DNA from: Candidatus Saccharimonadota bacterium | Lineage (GTDB): Bacteria; Patescibacteriota; Saccharimonadia; UBA4664 | DNA length: 28,159 bases | Assembly: GCA_029237755.1 (NCBI GenBank) | Contig: JAQZBT010000001.1 | Location: forward strand, 1 to 28,159 | Direction of reading: 5' to 3' | Shown here: piece after piece, positions 1 to 7,064 of the stretch | Position numbering within the stretch: position 1 is the first letter of the stretch | How the letters are laid out: each line of letters starts with the position of its first letter | Notes under the pieces: generated by a model | What the model saw: the letters and a program-made list of their open reading frames with translations, nothing else | Databases searched by the model: none | Told to the model about the DNA's origin: nothing | Translations under genes and position numbers: made by a program

Positions 1-635
1 GGCAGGTGAGTGCGGGGTAGATCTTCGACCCGGTGGACGAGCCGCCAGATCTTCATCCGGTCGCCGTAGGCCTTCTTGCCTTCGGTGATGACCGTGGACC
101 ACCCTCGGAAGGAGAGCGGGTGATACTCACGCAGTCCCGGATCAGCGCGCACGATGACGAAGCCGTCTGCCGGCAGCGCTTCGAGGCCGTGATGGACACG
201 GTCGCGGCCGAGCCAAACATGGTCGTCGTTCTCGAGTCCAGGATGAACCACCACTCGCAACGGCGGCCACGAGCGTCTGAGAAGTTCGAGCCGCGCGTCG
301 AAGTCGGGCGACATCGCCGTGAGCAGACCGAGCCCCAGGGGTCGGTCTTCAGCTTCGTACATCTGGACGGTGCCGGCTGGCGGATAGAAGGCATCTTCGG
401 ACGGTTGATAAAGAGTGACGCCTTGACCGTCCTGATCCACCAGTGTGCAGTCCAGGCGCCAGATGCCCGAAGGTACACCGAGCAGGCGCATGGCGGCCGT
501 GTGCTCGGTCGTGAAGGCGTTGGCGGCTTGGACGACGAGGCGAGAGGCCTGCCGGACGATGTCGCGGCTGAGTGGCAGGGTGACGTTGGACACGGTCGTT
601 TTCCAACCGACGTCGATGTCGTGAGTGGGGAGCAT
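1..635 (-). CDS. Hypothetical protein, possibly ATP-grasp-like ligase; partial, runs off the left edge; not in the ORF track
   Basis: ATG at 635 with GGAGG SD (644-640) 4 nt upstream. The frame is open to the window edge for about 211 codons (MLPTHDIDVGWKTTVSNVTLPLSRDIVRQASRLVVQAANAF...). The motifs WRLDC and MYEAEDRPLGLG resemble the R-x-D and E-x-[N/E]...PxGxG motifs of glutathionylspermidine-synthase-like ATP-grasp proteins; the product call is inference. Confidence 0.8.
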   Translation of the reverse strand, partial: MLPTHDIDVGWKTTVSNVTLPLSRDIVRQASRLVVQAANAFTTEHTAAMRLLGVPSGIWRLDCTLVDQDGQGVTLYQPSEDAFYPPAGTVQMYEAEDRPLGLGLLTAMSPDFDARLELLRRSWPPLRVVVHPGLENDDHVWLGRDRVHHGLEALPADGFVIVRADPGLREYHPLSFRGWSTVITEGKKAYGDRMKIWRLVHRVEDLPRTHL

Positions 636-687
636 GGTGCCTCCAGGGGTCGTTGGATTGTGGGGTACGCTTTTTGCCTGCCCGCTA

Positions 688-712
688 ACAGAAAACCGCT
701 CCGGAGGAGCGG
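688..712 (-). terminator. Intrinsic terminator (attenuator) upstream of the left-edge gene
   Basis: Minus strand CCGCTCC-TCC-GGAGCGG (712-696, 7 bp) followed by TTTTCTGTT. Confidence 0.75.
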
Positions 713-742
713 GGCTGTGTGCGGGTTTGGGCAAGGGTATGG

Positions 743-817
743 TTAATGACCGCGCACAGCATCAACCAGCCACCAAGCGGTGACAGCAGCGTTGAAGCTG
801 TGAGAGATGGAAACCAT
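743..817 (-). CDS. Leaderless 24-aa leader peptide with tandem Trp (MVSISHSFNAAVTAWWLVDAVRGH)
   Basis: ATG at 817 lies 6 nt after a TAATAT -10. TGG TGG at 775-770, TAA at 745-743, followed by protector and terminator hairpins. Confidence 0.75.
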   Translation of the reverse strand: MVSISHSFNAAVTAWWLVDAVRGH

Positions 818-823
818 GGCGGT

Positions 824-852
824 ATATTAATGCCAAAATTATGAATTAGCAA
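824..852 (-). promoter_or_regulatory. Sigma70-type promoter of the Trp leader unit
   Basis: TTGCTA (852-847), 17 nt spacer, TAATAT (829-824), 6 nt, ATG. Confidence 0.7.
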
Positions 853-863
853 AGGGTAGGGCA

Positions 864-886
864 GGGAGCGGACCGGGTCCGCTCCC
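864..886. terminator. Perfect 10-bp hairpin between the two attenuated units; probable terminator of the 84-aa gene
   Basis: GGGAGCGGAC-CGG-GTCCGCTCCC lies 25 nt after the stop of the 84-aa gene; no immediate U-tract. Confidence 0.5.
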
Positions 887-911
887 CACGGAGTGAATGT
901 TGCTCGAGCCT

Positions 912-1166
912 CTAGCGGCCACTCCTCGTGCCTTTCAGCCTGCCGCCACGTTTGGGACGGCCTTTCTTTTTGGCGGGCGCCGATTGGTCGCTGATATCCA
1001 CGCGGCCAAACTTGCGCATCTTGCGCAGCGCGTTGTCGTCCGGCGGGCTGATGAGAGGAGCAGTGGCTTCGGACGCGACGAGTTGGGGGCTGACGAACCC
1101 TTGGGTGGCGTTGATGGCGGCTTGCACCGTCAGGTTGGAGCGGAACTTGATCGTGCCGTAGTGCAC
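912..1166 (-). CDS. 84-aa hypothetical protein with a Lys/Arg-rich C-terminus
   Basis: Track ORF 912..1193. I prefer the GTG at 1166 (MHYGTIKFRSNLTVQ...) because GAAGGA lies just upstream and the track's TTG at 1193 sits in the terminator U-tract. Confidence 0.7.
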   Translation of the reverse strand: MHYGTIKFRSNLTVQAAINATQGFVSPQLVASEATAPLISPPDDNALRKMRKFGRVDISDQSAPAKKKGRPKRGGRLKGTRSGR

Positions 1167-1191
1167 AGTGAATCCTTCCGTAGATGGGTAC

Positions 1192-1214
1192 AAAAAAGCC
1201 GCTGCTGTGAGCGG
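1192..1214 (-). terminator. Intrinsic terminator (attenuator) upstream of the 84-aa gene
   Basis: Minus strand CCGCT-CACAGC-AGCGG (1214-1199) followed by CTTTTTT. The stem is short (5 bp). Confidence 0.6.
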
Positions 1215-1244
1215 TGCCTGGCTGGTCGGTGGGTGAGGGTTGAA

Positions 1245-1319
1245 TCAAGCAGCGTAACCAGGCACACGCAGACACATGTTGCAGCAGGGCATCATGGTGA
1301 CTGAGTAATGGCTGGTCAT
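1245..1319 (-). CDS. Leaderless 24-aa leader peptide rich in Met/Cys (MTSHYSVTMMPCCNMCLRVPGYAA)
   Basis: ATG at 1319 lies 6 nt after a TAACAT -10. Codons 9-16 are ATG ATG CCC TGC TGC AAC ATG TGT. TGA at 1247-1245. Same length and spacing as the Trp leader. Confidence 0.7.
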   Translation of the reverse strand: MTSHYSVTMMPCCNMCLRVPGYAA

Positions 1320-1325
1320 GGCAAG

Positions 1326-1354
1326 ATGTTAACGTTTGTTGAGTAAGCGGTCAA
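1326..1354 (-). promoter_or_regulatory. Sigma70-type promoter of the Met/Cys leader unit
   Basis: TTGACC (1354-1349), 17 nt spacer, TAACAT (1331-1326), 6 nt, ATG. Confidence 0.75.
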
Positions 1355-1414
1355 ATAAGAACGTGCTCCCGGAGAGCGAAGAGGGTCCACCTCTCCGCCC
1401 TCCAGGCAATAATT

Positions 1415-2275
1415 TCATGAACTTTGCGGGAGCTCTCGCACGGAGTAATCCCGTAATGACGCGTCCATGAAGTCAGTGCGAATGCCGACCAATCCGGAAC
1501 CGGTGATCGGCGGCATGCCGGAAGTGCTACTATCGGTGGCCTGGGCCACTTGCTGCCACAGGCCATTGCCATCCACGTCCACCCACAGGGTGATTGAAAC
1601 GGTCCGGTTGGCGTTGGTTGTGACGGCACTGCGCAGTCCGATCCATCGGTCCTCCGGCAAGAGGTTGGGATTCTTGGTCCGGTCGTATTCAGCTCCGTCG
1701 AACACTGGAACCTCCGCCAACGAGTCCGCGTAGACGCCGCCAACCTTTTTCTTGATGACGGCGCTGCCGTCTACTCTGAACCCGGTGTAGTAGAGTGTGT
1801 CGCCTTGGTCACCGTAGCGGCTCATGGAGAACACTCCGCTCCAGGCGTCGCGCTCGGGATCTTTGGAGAGGTTGATCTGGTCAACCCGGAAGTAGAACTG
1901 TTGCTCCGGGTTCTGGTACTCCTGCCGAAGTACGAGCCGGAACAGATTCTGTGGGTGACGTCCTCGGTCGGCGCCGCTGTTACTGGCGTACGCCCGGTGC
2001 CAGGGATCCTCAGGGTCGAGCGACCCTTGGATGGTCTGGGCGACGCCGTCGCGAATGTCGAGGCGAGCGCCGGAGTTGAGCCACCAGTTGGGGTCAGCAC
2101 TCTCCTCAATGGGGTTGGATTCCTCTATCACCCGCTGGTCTTGAAACTTGTCGCTGAATGACTTGGCGGGAGAGGGGCTGGGCGGAGGAGGGGTGGTGCC
2201 GTCGCGGGTGCAGGCGCTTAGCAACACCAGTATGCCCACCACGGTGAGCACAACTACTTGCGTGCGTCTGGTCAT
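1415..2275 (-). CDS. Putative lipoprotein with a beta-rich (ConA/jelly-roll-like) extracellular domain
   Basis: 286 aa. Basic n-region, hydrophobic stretch, lipobox L-S-A-C (Cys22), Pro-rich linker, GAAGGA SD. The fold call is inference from the aromatic, beta-strand-rich pattern. Confidence 0.75.
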   Translation of the reverse strand: MTRRTQVVVLTVVGILVLLSACTRDGTTPPPPSPSPAKSFSDKFQDQRVIEESNPIEESADPNWWLNSGARLDIRDGVAQTIQGSLDPEDPWHRAYASNSGADRGRHPQNLFRLVLRQEYQNPEQQFYFRVDQINLSKDPERDAWSGVFSMSRYGDQGDTLYYTGFRVDGSAVIKKKVGGVYADSLAEVPVFDGAEYDRTKNPNLLPEDRWIGLRSAVTTNANRTVSITLWVDVDGNGLWQQVAQATDSSTSGMPPITGSGLVGIRTDFMDASLRDYSVRELPQSS

Positions 2276-2384
2276 GACTCACTTCCTTCAGGAGTCGGGG
2301 CAGCCACGAAAGTGCGCGGCTGCTTACGGGTAAGAGCCGATTGGGACATATTGGCACATCGAGTGTCAGCTTCCAACCTGCGCC

Positions 2385-2414
2385 TTGCTGCCTACAGATA
2401 GCCACTGCTAAACT
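2385..2414 (+). promoter_or_regulatory. Probable promoter of the mreB operon
   Basis: TTGCTG (2385-2390), 18 nt spacer, TG-c-TAAACT extended -10 (2409-2414). Confidence 0.5.
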
Positions 2415-2437
2415 GGGAGAAGTGAAAGTGCTTCCAA

Positions 2438-3493
2438 ATGATTAACCGTTTACTCGGTCTGTTATCGCACGACATTGGCATCGACCTGGGAACGGCCAAT
2501 ACGTTGGTCTATGTGCGTGGGAAGGGGATCGTTATCAACGAGCCCAGCGTGGTAGCGGTAAACGTGAAGACCAAGCAGGTGCTGGCTATCGGTGACGAGG
2601 CCAAGAAGATGGTGGGCAAGACACCGGCCAGCATCGTGGCGACGCGGCCACTCGTCGACGGCGTGGTGAGCGACTTCGAAGTGACTGAGCAGATGCTCAA
2701 GTACTTCATCAATAAGGTGCACAAGGAGACGTACAGCGTCTTTCCACGGCCGCGGGTAGTGGTTGGTATCCCGTCAGGCGTGACCGAAGTGGAGAAGCGG
2801 GCGGTGGAAGACGCCGCGACCAACGCCGGTGCGCGCCAAACCTTCCTGATCGAGGAGCCAATGGCTGCAGCGATCGGCTCGCGGCTGCCGATCCAGGATG
2901 CGGCGGGCAGCATGATCGTCGACATCGGCGGTGGCACGACTGAAGTGGCCATCATCTCGCTCGGTGGCATCGTCGCCAGCCGCAGTCTGCGCACAGCCGG
3001 TGACGAGCTTAGCGATGACATTATCCAGTACGCGCGCGAGCAGTTTAACCTGCAGATCGGCGAACGCACGGCCGAAAACATCAAGATTGCTGTCGGCTCG
3101 GCTTACCCGGTATCCGGAGGCCCCAAAGAGGTGCCGATGCGGGGCCGTGATCTCGTCACCGGACTGCCCAAGGAGATCATGGTGACGCCGGAACAGATCA
3201 GGCAGGCGCTGTCGAAGAGCGTGCGCGAGATTGTTGAGGCGGTGAAGATCACGATCGAGGAGACGCCGCCCGAACTGGTGGCCGATATCATGGAGCGCGG
3301 AATCTACTTGGCGGGCGGTGGAGCCCTGCTGAAAGGGCTCGACACCATGCTGTCCAAGGAGACCAAGATGCCGGTCCACAAAGCGGACGACCCGCTGACA
3401 GCGGTAGCGCGGGGGACGGGTCTGGTGCTGGAAGACATCGATGCTCTCAAGGATATTCTGGTGCCGACGCAGTACGGGAAAATTCCGCGTTAA
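2438..3493 (+). CDS. mreB: Rod shape-determining actin-like protein MreB
   Basis: IGIDLGTANT, IVDIGGGTTE and AGGGALL motifs; 351 aa. Confidence 0.98.
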   Translation: MINRLLGLLSHDIGIDLGTANTLVYVRGKGIVINEPSVVAVNVKTKQVLAIGDEAKKMVGKTPASIVATRPLVDGVVSDFEVTEQMLKYFINKVHKETYSVFPRPRVVVGIPSGVTEVEKRAVEDAATNAGARQTFLIEEPMAAAIGSRLPIQDAAGSMIVDIGGGTTEVAIISLGGIVASRSLRTAGDELSDDIIQYAREQFNLQIGERTAENIKIAVGSAYPVSGGPKEVPMRGRDLVTGLPKEIMVTPEQIRQALSKSVREIVEAVKITIEETPPELVADIMERGIYLAGGGALLKGLDTMLSKETKMPVHKADDPLTAVARGTGLVLEDIDALKDILVPTQYGKIPR

Positions 3494-3505
3494 GGAGGTA
3501 GTGGC

Positions 3506-4303
3506 TTGAACTTGTCCCGAACCAACCGTCGCATCCTGATCGTCGTTGCGGTCGGTGGGCTGTTGGTGATGTTGGGGACGCTGGGCAAGCTGGGACCGGT
3601 GCGGTGGTTGTATGACCACACGCTCGTGCCGATCGGGCAGGGATTTAATGGGCTAGGCTCAAACACGAGCGAGGCACTGGCCAATGTCGGTGGCGTGCGC
3701 AACCTGGCGCGCGAGAATGTGCGCCTGGAGCGTGAGAACGCCGAGTTGCGCAAGAAGATCGCGGCGGACGCTGAGACGCGGCGGGACAACGAGCTGCTGC
3801 GGAAGCAGCTGGGATTGGAGGTCGCGGGAACCTACCGCGAGGTGGCGGCTGAAGTCGTGGCGTTCCAACCCGATTCGTACCGGCAATTCGTGACGATCAA
3901 TAAGGGCAAGAAGGCCGGCATCGCCAACGGCATGGCGGTAGTGAGCGAAGGAGTGCTGATCGGCACGATCGCCGATGCCCAGGCGTCGACTTCACGCATC
4001 ATTCTGGTGACCGACCCCGAATTTAAACTCACTGCCAAGGATCAGGAGACCGGCGCAACCGGTATCATCCGCGGTCAACTGGGCAGCGGCCTGGTACTGG
4101 ACAAGATTGGGCAGACCGATGAGGTGAAGCCGGGTGACACGGTGACGACTTCGGGGCTGGGCGGGATTGTGCCGCCGGGACTGTTGATCGGTAAGGTGGA
4201 ATCGGTGAACACGCGGGCTAACGTAGTGTTTCAGGTGGCGCAAGTTGAGACCAGCCTCAAAGTATCGCGCCTGCGGTTCGCCTATGTTGTGCTAGGTCTA
4301 TGA
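3506..4303 (+). CDS. mreC: Rod shape-determining protein MreC
   Basis: N-terminal TM segment, coiled coil (LERENAELRK), ITINKG...GI..GMAV, GD.V.TSGLGG..PPG motifs. TTG start after AAGGAGG. Confidence 0.95.
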   Translation: MNLSRTNRRILIVVAVGGLLVMLGTLGKLGPVRWLYDHTLVPIGQGFNGLGSNTSEALANVGGVRNLARENVRLERENAELRKKIAADAETRRDNELLRKQLGLEVAGTYREVAAEVVAFQPDSYRQFVTINKGKKAGIANGMAVVSEGVLIGTIADAQASTSRIILVTDPEFKLTAKDQETGATGIIRGQLGSGLVLDKIGQTDEVKPGDTVTTSGLGGIVPPGLLIGKVESVNTRANVVFQVAQVETSLKVSRLRFAYVVLGL

Positions 4304-4803
4304 GGCGGATAGCACTAATCCTGTCATCGCTGGTAATCGTCATGATGCAAATCAGTCTGTTGCCGGCGCTAAAGCCGCTGGGGGTGGTGCCAAATATCGC
4401 TTTGGCGTGGGTCGTGCTAGTCGGCCTTGAGGGGACCGCGAGCTCTGCTTTGGCCGTAGCAGTGGCGTCGGGAATCATCATCGACCTGGCGAGCGGGGCG
4501 AATTTCGGGCTCTGGACCGGGACGTTGGTGCTGGCGGCATTGGCCGGCGGCGTGGTGCATCGGGCCGGCATTGAGCTGACGGGTTGGCTGGTAGCGGGCG
4601 TGATGGTGGCGGTGGGTACGCTGTTGATGACCATCATTACGCTGGGAGGACTGGTAGACACGGTAGGGGAGTGGCCCGCGGGGGCGATGGTGGGCCGGTT
4701 CATGACAGAGCTAATGTTAAACTTGTTACTAACAGCAGGTCTGAGGCGGGCGGCGCGCATGGTGGCGGCGGGACCCCGGACCAGCGAAGCAACCATAGGG
4801 TAG
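4300..4803 (+). CDS. mreD: Rod shape-determining membrane protein MreD
   Basis: Polytopic hydrophobic 167-aa protein with GVVPN motif; ATGA overlap with mreC; synteny. Confidence 0.8.
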   Translation: MRRIALILSSLVIVMMQISLLPALKPLGVVPNIALAWVVLVGLEGTASSALAVAVASGIIIDLASGANFGLWTGTLVLAALAGGVVHRAGIELTGWLVAGVMVAVGTLLMTIITLGGLVDTVGEWPAGAMVGRFMTELMLNLLLTAGLRRAARMVAAGPRTSEATIG

Positions 4804-4807
4804 GGGA

Positions 4808-6811
4808 ATGGCACACAAGTCTATCTTTGGCTATCTCGAAGACTCGGCCGCTTCCGACAAACTCAAGGTGAAGCGCAGTATGTCGCGGTATGAGGAATGG
4901 ACCGAGGCTATTTTGCCGGCGGATGCCGAAGCCGAGGGTCCCGAAGGCGAGACTAGCCGGCGGCCGTTGTTGGCGTTTGGCGTGGTTGCCGGTGTGGCGC
5001 TGAGTATCCTCCTGTTGCGCTTGTTTTCGCTCCAAGTGGTGGCGGGTGACGAGAACCTGGCGCTAGCTAATGGGAACCGCATTCGCGAAAGAGTGGAACG
5101 GGCACCGCGGGGCATGATCTATGACCGCAACAAGGTGGTGTTGGCGCGCAACCAGGCGAGCTTCGACGTGACGGCCGTACCCCAGCTCTTGCCAACGGAC
5201 GAGAAGGAGCGGCGCAAGGAGTATGAACGGGTGGCTAGCATGCTGGGGTTGCCCGTGGACGAAGTGGCCAAGCGGGCCGAGGTAACATGTAAGGTCAAAA
5301 CCCCCGGGTGTCTGCGTAGCCCGATTCCGCAGCTAATCGCTGCCGGCGTGGATCGCGACAAGGCGCTCCTGATCGACCAATCAAGCGGCTCGCTGCCCGG
5401 TTTCGCATTGGACGTAAACCCGATCCGTCAGTATGCCGATGAGAACCTGCTGTCGGTGTTTTTGGGATATACCGGCCGCGTCAGTCCTGAAGAGGTAAAA
5501 TCCAACCCGACCTACGGACCGACCGACTTGATTGGGAAGCTCGGACTGGAGAAGCAATACGAGGAAGTATTGCGGGGGACTAACGGTGGCGAGCGCACGG
5601 AGGTAGACGCCACCGGCCGCCCGGTGCGGGTCCTGGCTAGCCGTGATCCGGCGCCGGGGGATAACCTGGTACTGTCGATCGACCAGTCGCTGCAGCGCAA
5701 GATGTCCGAAGCGTTGCGTACCCAGATGACGCGCGGCAACATCAAGCGCGGAGCCGGTATCGCGGTGAACCCCAAGACCGGCGAAGTGTTGGCGGCGGTG
5801 TCGCTGCCGACATATGACAACAATGAGTTTAGCCGCGGCATCGGCGAGGCGAGCTACCGGGCGCTGGTCAACGATCCCGGCCAGCCGTTGTTCAACAAGG
5901 TCCTGTCGGGCGCTTATCCATCCGGATCGGTGATCAAGCCGATGACCGCGTCGGCGGCGCTGCAGGAGAAGATTGTGACGGCCAACACGATCATCAATGA
6001 CACCGGCCAGCTCGACGTCGTCAACCCATACGACAACAGCATCCATTACATCTATAAGGGCTGGGAGACGTCGGGTCTGGGCAACGTCAACCTGTTTTCG
6101 GCCATTGCCCGTTCGTCGGACATCTACTTCTACACGATCGCCGGCGGTTTCACCAACTTCACTCGTTACCTGGGTGTGGAGAAACTCACCGATTGGTACA
6201 TGAAGTTTGGCTTCGGAGCGCGCACCGGGGTCGACCTGCCAAGCGAAACGAAGGGCCGGGTGCCGACGCCCGAGTGGAAGAAGAAGTTTTCGGGCGATCC
6301 GTGGTATACGGGTGACACCTACAACATTTCGGTGGGGCAGGGCGACATCCTGACATCGCCGATACAGATGGCGATGGCGACGGCGGCCGTAGCCAATGGC
6401 GGCAAGCTGCTCAAGCCTCACTTTGTGTCAGAAGTGACAGACGCAAATGGCAAAACGGTGAAGAAGTATGGAGCGGAGACGATAAGACAGGTGCCGGTAT
6501 CGCCCGAGAACCTGGCGTTGGTGCGCCAGGGTATGCGAGATACGATTCAGAAGCCATACGGTACGGCGTGCTGCTTCATGGAGAAGGAAGTGCCGGTGCC
6601 GGTGGCAGGAAAGACCGGTTCGGCCGAGACCGACCCCAATAACAAGGTGTTGCCGCACTCGTGGTTCACTTCCTTCTCGCCCTACAACGATCCGAAGATC
6701 GTGACGGTGGTGTTGTTTGAGAAGGCCGGTGAAGGTTCGCAGTTCGCGGCGCCGGCTACCAGGGAATTATTGCGCTGGTATTACACCGAAGGCGCGGGCG
6801 CCTCTCGGTAG
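4808..6811 (+). CDS. mrdA: Penicillin-binding protein 2 (class B transpeptidase)
   Basis: PRGMIYDRN, YPSGSVIKP (SxxK), SSDIYFY (SxD variant of SxN) and AGKTGSAE (KTG). Confidence 0.95.
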   Translation: MAHKSIFGYLEDSAASDKLKVKRSMSRYEEWTEAILPADAEAEGPEGETSRRPLLAFGVVAGVALSILLLRLFSLQVVAGDENLALANGNRIRERVERAPRGMIYDRNKVVLARNQASFDVTAVPQLLPTDEKERRKEYERVASMLGLPVDEVAKRAEVTCKVKTPGCLRSPIPQLIAAGVDRDKALLIDQSSGSLPGFALDVNPIRQYADENLLSVFLGYTGRVSPEEVKSNPTYGPTDLIGKLGLEKQYEEVLRGTNGGERTEVDATGRPVRVLASRDPAPGDNLVLSIDQSLQRKMSEALRTQMTRGNIKRGAGIAVNPKTGEVLAAVSLPTYDNNEFSRGIGEASYRALVNDPGQPLFNKVLSGAYPSGSVIKPMTASAALQEKIVTANTIINDTGQLDVVNPYDNSIHYIYKGWETSGLGNVNLFSAIARSSDIYFYTIAGGFTNFTRYLGVEKLTDWYMKFGFGARTGVDLPSETKGRVPTPEWKKKFSGDPWYTGDTYNISVGQGDILTSPIQMAMATAAVANGGKLLKPHFVSEVTDANGKTVKKYGAETIRQVPVSPENLALVRQGMRDTIQKPYGTACCFMEKEVPVPVAGKTGSAETDPNNKVLPHSWFTSFSPYNDPKIVTVVLFEKAGEGSQFAAPATRELLRWYYTEGAGASR

Positions 6812-6998
6812 GGTCCTGAGTTTTCCACAAGCATTTTAAAGCGCCTGGCTTGCTTGAAGCGACTGTTTATGGCTCTGGGGCGCAAACTATTAGTGTTAAA
6901 CAATAGTAACTATTGACGGTGCGAAGGGCTTGAGCGAACATAGTAAAGCAAAACACACAGGCAAGTCTTACAAACTAATTCTCAATCAAGCAATGGCC

Positions 6999-7026
6999 AA
7001 TCTCGGGGAACCCCGAGGATTTTTTT
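6999..7026 (+). terminator. Intrinsic terminator about 40 nt upstream of greA
   Basis: CTCGGG-GAAC-CCCGAG stem with flanking ATC/GAT, followed by 7 T. Confidence 0.75.
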
Positions 7027-7064
7027 CACCCTGGTGATAGGCTAATGCTCGAGAAGGAGTGACC

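Noticed and set aside
33-746. 237-aa + strand ORF, and minus ORFs 53..478 and 349..606
   Set aside because: These are shadow or alternate frames of the minus-strand gene starting at 635, which has a proper SD and protein-like composition.
1167-1193. TTG start at 1193 for the small basic protein
   Set aside because: It lies inside the terminator U-tract with no SD; GTG 1166 has GAAGGA upstream.
685-1304. ORFs 685..1275 (-), 897..1304 (+) and 928..1161 (+)
   Set aside because: They cross terminators, a promoter and the 84-aa gene, have no SD, and have low-complexity Arg/Ser/Pro-rich composition.
2272-2349. 25-codon minus-strand uORF (MSQSALTRK...) whose TGA overlaps the lipoprotein ATG, as a third leader peptide
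   Set aside because: Its ATG overlaps the likely -10 (CAATAT), it has no run of regulatory codons, and no U-tailed terminator follows.
6821-6829. TTTTCCACA single DnaA-like box after mrdA
   Set aside because: One mismatch and isolated; expected by chance.
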